Positions 17,579-24,636 of a stretch of 32,000 nt of DNA are shown here, one piece after another. The notes beneath the pieces are model-generated. The model did no database searches. It saw only the letters and a list, made by a program, of their open reading frames with translations, and was not told where the DNA came from. Position 1 is the stretch's first letter, and every line of letters begins with the position of its first letter. Where the stretch lies: positions 61,837 to 93,836 of the forward strand of contig JBBIMK010000005.1 of NCBI GenBank assembly GCA_037444445.1. The letters run 5' to 3'. The stretch is from a bacterium (GTDB taxonomy: Bacteria; UBP7; UBA6624; JBBIMK01). The position numbers and the translations under genes are program-made.

Positions 17579-19555
17579 TTACAAATCCAGTCCCGCGCCC
17601 TTTTCGGAAGGCAATTGATTGCTACCTGGCTGGATCCAGAGGATATTATCCCGTGCGAAAGGTTTCGGGTAAGAATCTTCCCCGCCGCCGGTATCTAAAA
17701 AGATGCCAATCGTAGGCATAAAATCCCGAATTAGCCCTACCGGGCCACCCACGCTGGATTTACCGAGAGTTAAATCTGCGGACACACGGTAAATATCCTT
17801 CCCGCTTTTATCCCAGAATAAGCCCATACCGTTAGCATTACCGGCGCCGAGGCTGAGATTGGGGGCATCATAAACATCATCACCCGCCTCGTCTATCAGG
17901 AAACCCACGGTGAAATCGTGCCCGGCGCCTTGAGCCATATTATGGGTGGCGGAATAATGGTCGTTTCCTCCACCCTCCCAGAGGATGCCAACGCCGAAGT
18001 GGGCTCCTGCGCCCTGAACATACCAAACACCTTTATACTCATCATTCCCCGCTTTATCTGCGAGGATGCCCACGCCATACCAGTACGCCTGCCCCTGGCC
18101 GAAGACGCCGCAAGAGTAATGGTCATTTCCATCGCCATCCACGAGAATACCCACACCGCCTGCGAGGGAATGCCCATCCGTGAAATCTGCCCGCTTCCCC
18201 ATTCCCATCCCTTGCACAAGACTGCTGTTGTGTTCCTTCGTCTGGGCAGCAGGAAATTTGATGTCCGAATCGTTGCCCGTGTAAATATCGTCTCCGGCTA
18301 CATCCACCAGGAGCCCGCTACCGAGAACCCAACCATATCCCTGACCCTGCTGGTAGAGGGCATACGAGTCATTTCCCTGCAGGTCCGATAGGACGCCCAC
18401 ACCGAAGAACCCTGCCCCCTGCCCGCCCGCAAAAGCATCGTAGGAATCATCACCGGCTCTATCCATCAGGATGCCCGCGCCAAAGAATCCAGCGCCCTGC
18501 GTCAAAGACTTGCTCCTGTAAGTATCATTCCCCTGAAGGTCAACCAGATAAGCCCAGCCGAGAATGCCGGCGCCGAAGGAAGGAACCTTCGCATCCTCCG
18601 AGATATAGGTGTCATTCCCCTGAAGGTCAATCAGGATAGAGATGGGGTTGGCGGGGGAAGAGGATGCGCCCGTGGTGTAGGTGTCATTTCCACCCACATC
18701 CACAAGGATGAACGGGTTCTTTTCCGAATAGGAATCATCTCCTGCCCCCCGGATGGAAATGGCGCCCACAGGGGTGGAAGCATGGAAAGAAAATTTCTTA
18801 TCCGTGTGGAATGAAGAAAGAGATTTCACCACTTCATCCAGGGTGAGAGCGAGGTCAATACCGCCGGTATTCAGATACAGAAAATCCACCTGGTCGGCGA
18901 AAGATTCTACTCGCCGAATGACCTCCTCCTGCACCTGTTCCGAATCAATCCCCACCACATAGGAAATCGCATCGCCAAAAACTTTCTCCACATCCTTCAC
19001 TGCGACTTTCTGAAAAGCCAGGTCCCTCCAGGAGAGAACCTCAGCAGAGGTCACAACGAGCAATGCCACCTCCTTCGCTACTTCGGGTGGCACCTCCGAA
19101 GCGGTTTTTTGAAGCCGCTGGTATTCATTTTTCGGTAATTTTTTTCCGTTTTTCTCATAGAGGAATTGAATGGCGTTGGGGAGGACGTCCGTTTCTTTCA
19201 GTTTTTTCCGGTAGCCTTCCACAGGGTTGAAAATCAGGCTACGGCGGACAGAAGTTTTCACTTTTGCCGCCGTGCGCATCAACAGATTCCCTATAGATTC
19301 CGAGTTCTTCAGGGTGTCCTCCGCAAAATAAGGCACATAATTTGGAATTTTCAGGGGGCTATCTATGAAGACATCAAAGAAATGAAGACGATACTTATCC
19401 CCGCCGAAAAAATTCATATCCAGCCGGTCAAACTTCAGCGTCTCTTTCGTGTATCCGATGATGGGTAAAACCTTCTCCCACGGGTCTTCTTCAGCCACTC
19501 CCGAAATCAGCATCATTGCGAGGAGAATACCTGAGAAATTCAGATATTTTTTCAT
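17579..19555 (-). CDS. Exported protein with 13 tandem G-(N/D)-D-x-Y repeats (RTX-like beta-roll/beta-helix candidate), unknown function
   Basis: I chose the start at ATG 19555 (MKKYLNFSGILLAMMLISGVAEE, signal-peptide-like), with AGGAGG 9 nt upstream. The C-terminal roughly 370 aa carry AGDDSY, GGNDTY, QGNDTY x2, AGDDSY, QGNDSY, AGDDIY, DGNDHY, AGNDEY, GGNDHY, AGDDVY, SGKDIY and GGEDSY at a period of about 24-26 aa. Confidence 0.75.
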   Translation of the reverse strand: MKKYLNFSGILLAMMLISGVAEEDPWEKVLPIIGYTKETLKFDRLDMNFFGGDKYRLHFFDVFIDSPLKIPNYVPYFAEDTLKNSESIGNLLMRTAAKVKTSVRRSLIFNPVEGYRKKLKETDVLPNAIQFLYEKNGKKLPKNEYQRLQKTASEVPPEVAKEVALLVVTSAEVLSWRDLAFQKVAVKDVEKVFGDAISYVVGIDSEQVQEEVIRRVESFADQVDFLYLNTGGIDLALTLDEVVKSLSSFHTDKKFSFHASTPVGAISIRGAGDDSYSEKNPFILVDVGGNDTYTTGASSSPANPISILIDLQGNDTYISEDAKVPSFGAGILGWAYLVDLQGNDTYRSKSLTQGAGFFGAGILMDRAGDDSYDAFAGGQGAGFFGVGVLSDLQGNDSYALYQQGQGYGWVLGSGLLVDVAGDDIYTGNDSDIKFPAAQTKEHNSSLVQGMGMGKRADFTDGHSLAGGVGILVDGDGNDHYSCGVFGQGQAYWYGVGILADKAGNDEYKGVWYVQGAGAHFGVGILWEGGGNDHYSATHNMAQGAGHDFTVGFLIDEAGDDVYDAPNLSLGAGNANGMGLFWDKSGKDIYRVSADLTLGKSSVGGPVGLIRDFMPTIGIFLDTGGGEDSYPKPFARDNILWIQPGSNQLPSEKGAGLDL

Positions 19556-19577
19556 CTTTTCCGCCCTCCTTCTCCCA

Positions 19578-19586
19578 ATCATATCA
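19578..19586 (-). promoter_or_regulatory. Extended -10 element (TGaTATGAT) upstream of the GNDxY-repeat gene
   Basis: The minus strand reads cttgTGaTATGATtgggagaaggagggcggaaaagATG. The -10 ends 22 nt before the ATG at 19555. Confidence 0.35.
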
Positions 19587-19720
19587 CAAGCGGGAAGAAA
19601 AATTTTTATCCCATTTCTCTGGCAGGAACAGGGTGTCAACGAGCCCTGGACTCAAAAGGGAGGGAAGTGCGGAGTCAAGGCTGTCTGTGGGGGGAATCCA
19701 TTTGAATTTGTGACAGGAAT

Positions 19721-19756
19721 AAAAAGGGGCGGCCGCCGACACGGTCAAGCCGCCCC
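19721..19756 (-). terminator. Rho-independent (bidirectional-looking) terminator after the EF-hand gene
   Basis: An 8-bp GC-rich stem, GGGGCGGC (19726-19733) paired with GCCGCCCC (19749-19756). It is flanked by AAAAA on the left (TTTTT on the - strand after the hairpin) and CTTTTT on the right. It lies 31 nt downstream of the EF-hand stop codon. Confidence 0.7.
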
Positions 19757-19786
19757 ACTTTTTAAGTCAAAAAGGACTAACGAGTT

Positions 19787-20473
19787 TTACGGTAGTTCCG
19801 GGGGGCTTATGCTTTCCTCAGGCTGGGATTCTTTCGGAATTCCGGGTTCTCCAGTTCCGGGACCTCTCTTCCAATCATCCCGGTTCAGGACGCTGTCGCC
19901 ATTCCGGTCCAGACGCTCAAAAAGGGTGTTTATACCCGTCTGAAATTCCTCCTTGCTCAAAGCCCCATCCTTGTTTGTATCCAACCGCGCCATGCGGGAG
20001 AAAACAGGAGGAAGGTTGTCTTGCCGCTTTTTCATTCCAGCGATGAATTCTTCTCCGGTAATGGCGCCATCGTGGTTTGCATCCAGCCTCTGGAATAACT
20101 CCTCGCGTCCGGGAAACTCATCCCTGACAATTTTTCCATCGCCATTGGCATCCAGTTTCTTCAGGTGCTCCAGGATTTTATCCTGCACTTCACCCAGGAA
20201 AGCGTTTCGTGCCTTCTGCGCCTCTTCCCTGGTGATGACACCATTTCCGTCAGAGTCCACCTTCTGGAAAAGGGTCATCCAGCCCGAAGTGAACTCCTCC
20301 CGGGAGATGGAACCATCTTTATTGGCATCAAATTTTTGCCACGCCATTCTCCCCGTATGCTTTACCGCTTCCTTTTTGAAATGTTCCCTTTTCACCGACC
20401 TTCCTTCCGGCTTACCCGCGAGCAGGAAGGGAACCACCAGCACCGCCGTAACTATCAGAATTATTTTTTTCAT
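19787..20473 (-). CDS. Exported EF-hand calcium-binding protein (six EF-hand loops)
   Basis: I chose the start at ATG 20473 (MKKIILIVTAVLVVPFLLAG, a signal peptide), with a GGAGGTG RBS upstream. The six canonical 12-residue loops are DANKDGSISREE, DSDGNGVITREE, DANGDGKIVRDE, DANHDGAITGEE, DTNKDGALSKEE and DRNGDSVLNRDD. Confidence 0.85.
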   Translation of the reverse strand: MKKIILIVTAVLVVPFLLAGKPEGRSVKREHFKKEAVKHTGRMAWQKFDANKDGSISREEFTSGWMTLFQKVDSDGNGVITREEAQKARNAFLGEVQDKILEHLKKLDANGDGKIVRDEFPGREELFQRLDANHDGAITGEEFIAGMKKRQDNLPPVFSRMARLDTNKDGALSKEEFQTGINTLFERLDRNGDSVLNRDDWKRGPGTGEPGIPKESQPEESISPPELP

Positions 20474-20645
20474 TCTTCCATTCACCTCCACTTTCCTATA
20501 AACAAGGAAAGGTTCTAAAAGTTTCATCCTGTTTTCAGAGAGGGATGAGTGGGGAATGTCAGAAGAAAATCTACCGGGAAATCATGCGGGAGGGCTGTGA
20601 CATCGGGAAATGTTTCTTTTCCTTAAGGGGAGCCCCCACCGATTT

Positions 20646-20700
20646 TTCAACAGGAACGATGATTTGTATCACCTGGTCAGGATCTATTGACTCAAAAAGT
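20646..20700 (+). repeat. Copy 1 of a 55-nt long-range inverted repeat (partner at 31946-32000)
   Basis: The reverse complement of 20646-20700 matches 31946-32000 at 54 of 55 positions. The single mismatch is at 20662 / 31984. Confidence 0.9.
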
Positions 20701-20708
20701 GTAGACTT

Positions 20709-20738
20709 TTGACAAAGAGAAGGAGAATAAGATATAAT
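20709..20738 (+). promoter_or_regulatory. Consensus sigma70 promoter of tRNA-Pro
   Basis: TTGACA (20709-20714), an 18-nt spacer, then TATAAT (20733-20738). The mature tRNA 5' end is at 20754. Confidence 0.7.
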
Positions 20739-20753
20739 ATACACTCGCAAGAG

Positions 20754-20829
20754 CGGGATGTGGCTCAGCCTGGCTTAGAGCGCCTGGTTCGGGACCAGGA
20801 GGTCGCGGGTTCAAGTCCCGCCGTCCCGA
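20754..20829 (+). tRNA. tRNA-Pro (anticodon CGG)
   Basis: Manual cloverleaf fold. Acceptor CGGGATG/CGTCCCG, U8, D-stem GCTC/GAGC, anticodon stem CCTGG/CCAGG with loop TTCGGGA (U33, CGG, G37). T-arm GCGGG-TTCAAGT-CCCGC, discriminator A73. C1:G72 and A73 are bacterial tRNA-Pro identity features. No CCA is encoded. Confidence 0.95.
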
Positions 20830-20854
20830 TGGAATTTTTGGAAGGGAGAGAAAG

Positions 20855-21718
20855 ATGAAAAGGTGGATTTTTACAGGTATAATTTTGTTGACCGGGATTC
20901 CCTTATTTTCCCAGGAACCGGAGGAGTTGCTCCGCTCCTCTATTCGGATAAAACTGCCCACAGAAACCCCTGAACTTCCTGAAATTCAGGTGAATCGGCG
21001 TCTATTTCAGAAAGAAATGATTCTAAAGCAATTTTTAGGCGAGGTCCCCCCGAAAATAGAAGAAGGAAGTATTGAGGTCTACACGGGGAAAAATGGGCAA
21101 GAGGTGGATTTCTACCCCACCCAGGTTTTTTCCTTTTTACAGCCAATTCAACCTGAAGAAGAGAAAAAAACGATGAACGAGGCAGAAGCCCGAAAGGCGG
21201 TGAATGATTTCCTGGAGAGATTTGGGGGCTTGCCGGCAGAGGCTTATCTGTTAGAGAGTAAAGCCCTGCGGGGTGAAGGTGGAGCAGGGAATCTCTATTA
21301 TTACATTTACGCTCACAACTATCATAATGTGGCTGTGGAAACAGATGTGATACGCCTTACAGCAGGGGCAGGCCGTGTGGTGGAATTCGTCTTCGGATGG
21401 AGCACACCCGTGAAAGAATTTCCTTCAGTAAAAATCATTCCTGCTGAGGTGGGGCTGAAGAATGCCCTGAAATACCTGTATGTGGATATTCTGAAAAATA
21501 AATACTATGCCACGGCAGAAGTGACGGATGTGAAGTTATACTACTACAATAAGAGCCAGAAAGAGATAGAGCGGCTGGTGCCGGTGTGGCGGTTTACGAT
21601 GGTGCTGACGGGTCAGTCACTTCTCCAGCCGGGTCAAACGCAATTCAGGGAGCCAGAAGCCATCGGCTATTCCATTCAGGTGCGAATCAACGCCATCACG
21701 GGGGACCCGATCCGATGA
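20855..21718 (+). CDS. Exported protein with two PepSY-like modules, function unknown
   Basis: 287 aa. Signal peptide MKRWIFTGIILLTGIPLFSQ. The C-terminal segment VPVWRFTM...IQVRINAITGDPI resembles the PepSY ending (v.vDa.tG.i). A GGAAGGGAGAG RBS follows 25 nt after the tRNA. Confidence 0.55.
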   Translation: MKRWIFTGIILLTGIPLFSQEPEELLRSSIRIKLPTETPELPEIQVNRRLFQKEMILKQFLGEVPPKIEEGSIEVYTGKNGQEVDFYPTQVFSFLQPIQPEEEKKTMNEAEARKAVNDFLERFGGLPAEAYLLESKALRGEGGAGNLYYYIYAHNYHNVAVETDVIRLTAGAGRVVEFVFGWSTPVKEFPSVKIIPAEVGLKNALKYLYVDILKNKYYATAEVTDVKLYYYNKSQKEIERLVPVWRFTMVLTGQSLLQPGQTQFREPEAIGYSIQVRINAITGDPIR

Positions 21719-21800
21719 ATTCCACTGTAGTGAGGATGTTTAAGAGGAACCTGAGGGGAAGGGTTTCCATCCAGGGGTATTCAAAGGGAGCATCAGCGGG

Positions 21801-22733
21801 ATGAAGCGATATTCTCCACGGCCCACCCTCACGCTGATGGTTATGACAGAAAAGAGAGAGCCTCGTTTTTTCCGCCTCTCTTCCATAGTGGTTCGGTGGA
21901 GTCTGCTGGCGAGTGGAGTGCTACTGCTGGGGCTAACCCTCTGGATAGCCCGATACTTTTATCTGGAGAGTGAGGTTCGTAAACTCGCCGGTGTGAAGCA
22001 GATGCAGGAGCAGTTTGACACACTGAAGCAGGACCTGTTGGATGAAATGAAGAAATTCCATGCCCTTCAGGAGAAGGTTAGAAAACTGGAGGACCGGTTG
22101 AAGAGCAAGTCCTACGCACCACCACGAGAAGACACAGAAATGCAGGCTTTTCCGGTCCTTGAAGAGTCTACATTCTCACCTGATGGAATGGAGGATGCTC
22201 TGCAGGCATACAAACTTCTAACCTCACGCCGTGAAAAACTGGAAAGTCAATATGTTGCTCTGAACGAAGAAGTATCTCGGCGTCTCTCCCTTCTGGAATA
22301 TATGCCCTCCATTCCTCCCACCTCTACCCTGTCCATTTCCTCCGGCTTCGGGTATAGGCGGAATCCCCTGAGTGGCAGGAAGGATTTCCATCCGGGGCTG
22401 GACATTCGGGGGGACCCTTCGGATGTGGTTCGTGCTACTGCTTCGGGCACTGTGATTTTTGCGGGCTGGAAGGGGGGATATGGACGAACCGTAATCATTG
22501 ACCATGGAAATGGATTTGTTACCTGGTTTGCCCATAACTACAGTTTGACGGTTCGGAGCGGGGAACGAGTCAAAAAGGGGCAGGTAATTGCTCGCATCGG
22601 CAGCTCTGGCTACACGACAGGACCCCACCTGCACTACGAGGTTCATTACCGGGATAAAATCATAGACCCTCGCATTGTTCTAAATGTAAATGTGTTTACA
22701 GTAGAATCAATCCTGAGCAGGGTCCGGAGGTGA
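21801..22733 (+). CDS. M23-family metallopeptidase (peptidoglycan endopeptidase/LytM-type) with N-terminal TM and coiled coil
   Basis: 310 aa. Motifs: FGYRRNPLSGRKDFHPGLDI (HxxxD) and GSSGYTTGPHLHYEV (HxH). There is a hydrophobic stretch, WSLLASGVLLLGLTLWIA, and a heptad-rich linker. The exact start (21801 or the downstream in-frame ATGs at 21837/21843) is uncertain. Confidence 0.9.
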   Translation: MKRYSPRPTLTLMVMTEKREPRFFRLSSIVVRWSLLASGVLLLGLTLWIARYFYLESEVRKLAGVKQMQEQFDTLKQDLLDEMKKFHALQEKVRKLEDRLKSKSYAPPREDTEMQAFPVLEESTFSPDGMEDALQAYKLLTSRREKLESQYVALNEEVSRRLSLLEYMPSIPPTSTLSISSGFGYRRNPLSGRKDFHPGLDIRGDPSDVVRATASGTVIFAGWKGGYGRTVIIDHGNGFVTWFAHNYSLTVRSGERVKKGQVIARIGSSGYTTGPHLHYEVHYRDKIIDPRIVLNVNVFTVESILSRVRR

Positions 22734-22740
22734 GGAAAAG

Positions 22741-23133
22741 GTGTTTGGAAAGCGAGAGGCAAAAGAGGATAAAATCACGACCATCCTGGGGGGGAATAGT
22801 TCCTTTGAGGGGACGCTGAGCGACCTTCATTCCTTGCGAGTGGATGGCCGTTTCAACGGTGACATTTCCACGGAAGGAGAAATCTTTGTAGGAAAAATGG
22901 GATATGTCAAAGGGAACCTCACGGGGAAAAGCGTGTATGTGTATGGACGGGTTCATGGGAATTTGCAAGCCAAGGAGCGTATAGAAATTATAGAAGGCGG
23001 AGTGGTGGAAGGAGATTTACATACAAAACGCCTGGTTATTTATGAGGGCGCCGTGTTTAAGGGACACAGTTATATGGAGGAGATGGTGGTTCAACCGATG
23101 GCCGAGGGTGCGCGGAGTGCGATGGTTTCTTGA
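22741..23133 (+). CDS. Bactofilin-family cytoskeletal protein
   Basis: 130 aa. Shows the typical bactofilin beta-helix pattern: TILGGNSSFEGTLSDLHSLRVDGRFNGDISTEGEIFVGKMGYVKGNL.GKSVYVYGRVHGNLQAKERIEI..GGVVEGDLHTKRLVIYEGAVFKG. The GTG start has a GGAGGTGAGG RBS. Confidence 0.88.
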   Translation: MFGKREAKEDKITTILGGNSSFEGTLSDLHSLRVDGRFNGDISTEGEIFVGKMGYVKGNLTGKSVYVYGRVHGNLQAKERIEIIEGGVVEGDLHTKRLVIYEGAVFKGHSYMEEMVVQPMAEGARSAMVS

Positions 23134-23495
23134 ACCTCCTCCGAGCATGGGTAGTGGTTCTGGGTGGAACCTTTCTGACATGGCGCTGGTTAAAAGAGGG
23201 AATGCATGGGCAACAGGAAACAGCGTGGATGATTGGGTGGGCAATCGGGATAGGTATTCTCGCTGGTGTGGGGCTTTTGTGGTATTGCAAAACGGCATCC
23301 AGGGCGCTTTTCCGTAAACTATTTCTTTTTCTTCTCGGATTTACCATACTATGGGTGATTTTTCTGGCTACGGGCGCACCCTCTTCCCCCGCCCATAACT
23401 TCCTGTTTGAAGTGCTGGAAATGGTCTGGGTGGCCGTGATAGTCCTGCCCATTCTCTGGCAGAGGAGGGAAAATGGAAATCCTACTGGCACCTGA
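23130..23495 (+). CDS. Small integral membrane protein (about 4 TM), unknown function
   Basis: 121 aa with four hydrophobic stretches. The TTG start overlaps the bactofilin stop (TTGA). The first in-frame ATG, at 23202, would remove the first hydrophobic segment. The start codon is uncertain. Confidence 0.5.
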   Translation: MNLLRAWVVVLGGTFLTWRWLKEGMHGQQETAWMIGWAIGIGILAGVGLLWYCKTASRALFRKLFLFLLGFTILWVIFLATGAPSSPAHNFLFEVLEMVWVAVIVLPILWQRRENGNPTGT

Positions 23496-24636
23496 CTCGT
23501 TTAAGGGCACCCTGTGGGCCTGGGAAGTCAGCCAGGTTGTGGAAGAGGGATTGAGAGATAGCGGGCTTGACTGCCGCGTGGAGAAACTGCCCATCGCTGA
23601 CGGAGGAGAAGGAACGGCGGAAGTGCTGAGAAGGGCGTGGGGAGGAATACGGATGACCTCTCAAGTCAAAGGCCCTCTATACGAGAGAGTGGAAGCATCG
23701 TGGGGTCTGAGCCCGGATAGAAAAACGGCCGTCCTGGATATGGCTTCCGCTTCCGGGCTCACTCTCGTTCCACTGGAACGCAGAAATCCCCTGCTCACGA
23801 CCACTTATGGAACTGGAGAATTGATTCGGAATGCAATTCAATCGGGAGTGGAAGAGATTTTAGTGGGAATAGGAGGGAGTGCCACCGTAGATGGGGGTTT
23901 GGGCGCTCTCCGGGCACTGGGAGTAAAACTCTACGATGAACAGCGAAATCTTCTGGAGGGGCGAGGGCAGGACCTGCTTCGTCTCTCCGCGGTGGATGCG
24001 GAGGAAGCGGAAGCCATCGTGAGTTCCACCCGGATTGTGGCCATGGTGGATGTCCGGAACCCACTGTGCGGCCCGGAAGGGGCGGCTCGGGTCTACGGTC
24101 CCCAAAAAGGAGCCTCTCCTGAGGTGGTTGCCCTGCTGGAAGAGGGTCTGGAGAAGTGGGCAGAACGGATAGAAGTGGAGCGAGGGATAAGCGTGAAGAA
24201 CCTGCCCGGAGCGGGTGCGGCCGGTGGATTGCCTGCCGCTCTCGTTGCCTATCTCAATGCAGAAATCTGCGCCGGTGCTCCTTTCGTCTTGAAGCGTCTC
24301 CAGTTTGATGAAAAAGTAACCGGGAAGGACCTTCTGATTACGGGTGAAGGAATGGTGGATTCTAAAACTCTGTATGGAAAAGCACCCTACGAAGCCCTCC
24401 GAAGGGCAAAACAAAAGGGCATTCCGGTGGTTCTGCTGGCCGGTTCTCTGGGACCAGGCGCAGAGGAAGTCTACCGGCATGGTGCGGACCTAATCCTCGC
24501 TTCGTTCTATGGCAAAACGCCCTTCCAGGGGACCGAACAAGAAGCCCGAGAAAATCTCTACTTTCTGTCTTACTCTCTGGGTAAGTCATTCGTTCTGGGA
24601 AGGAGGCTTCCATCTTATGCCCAGGCCTCTTCGTAA
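23473..24636 (+). CDS. glxK: Glycerate kinase
   Basis: 387 aa. Motifs: MEILLAPDSFKGTL, PIADGGEGT, GIGGSATVDGGLG, PGAGAAGGL, ITGEGMVDSKTLYGKAP. It overlaps the upstream ORF by 23 nt. Confidence 0.9.
   Translation: MEILLAPDSFKGTLWAWEVSQVVEEGLRDSGLDCRVEKLPIADGGEGTAEVLRRAWGGIRMTSQVKGPLYERVEASWGLSPDRKTAVLDMASASGLTLVPLERRNPLLTTTYGTGELIRNAIQSGVEEILVGIGGSATVDGGLGALRALGVKLYDEQRNLLEGRGQDLLRLSAVDAEEAEAIVSSTRIVAMVDVRNPLCGPEGAARVYGPQKGASPEVVALLEEGLEKWAERIEVERGISVKNLPGAGAAGGLPAALVAYLNAEICAGAPFVLKRLQFDEKVTGKDLLITGEGMVDSKTLYGKAPYEALRRAKQKGIPVVLLAGSLGPGAEEVYRHGADLILASFYGKTPFQGTEQEARENLYFLSYSLGKSFVLGRRLPSYAQASS

Noticed and set aside
20754-20829. tRNA-Pro as the attachment site of an integrated genomic island.
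   Set aside because: No integrase gene is adjacent. By eye I found no second copy of the tRNA 3' end downstream. The neighbouring genes look like native envelope and lipid genes with the same RBS and codon style as the rest of the window.
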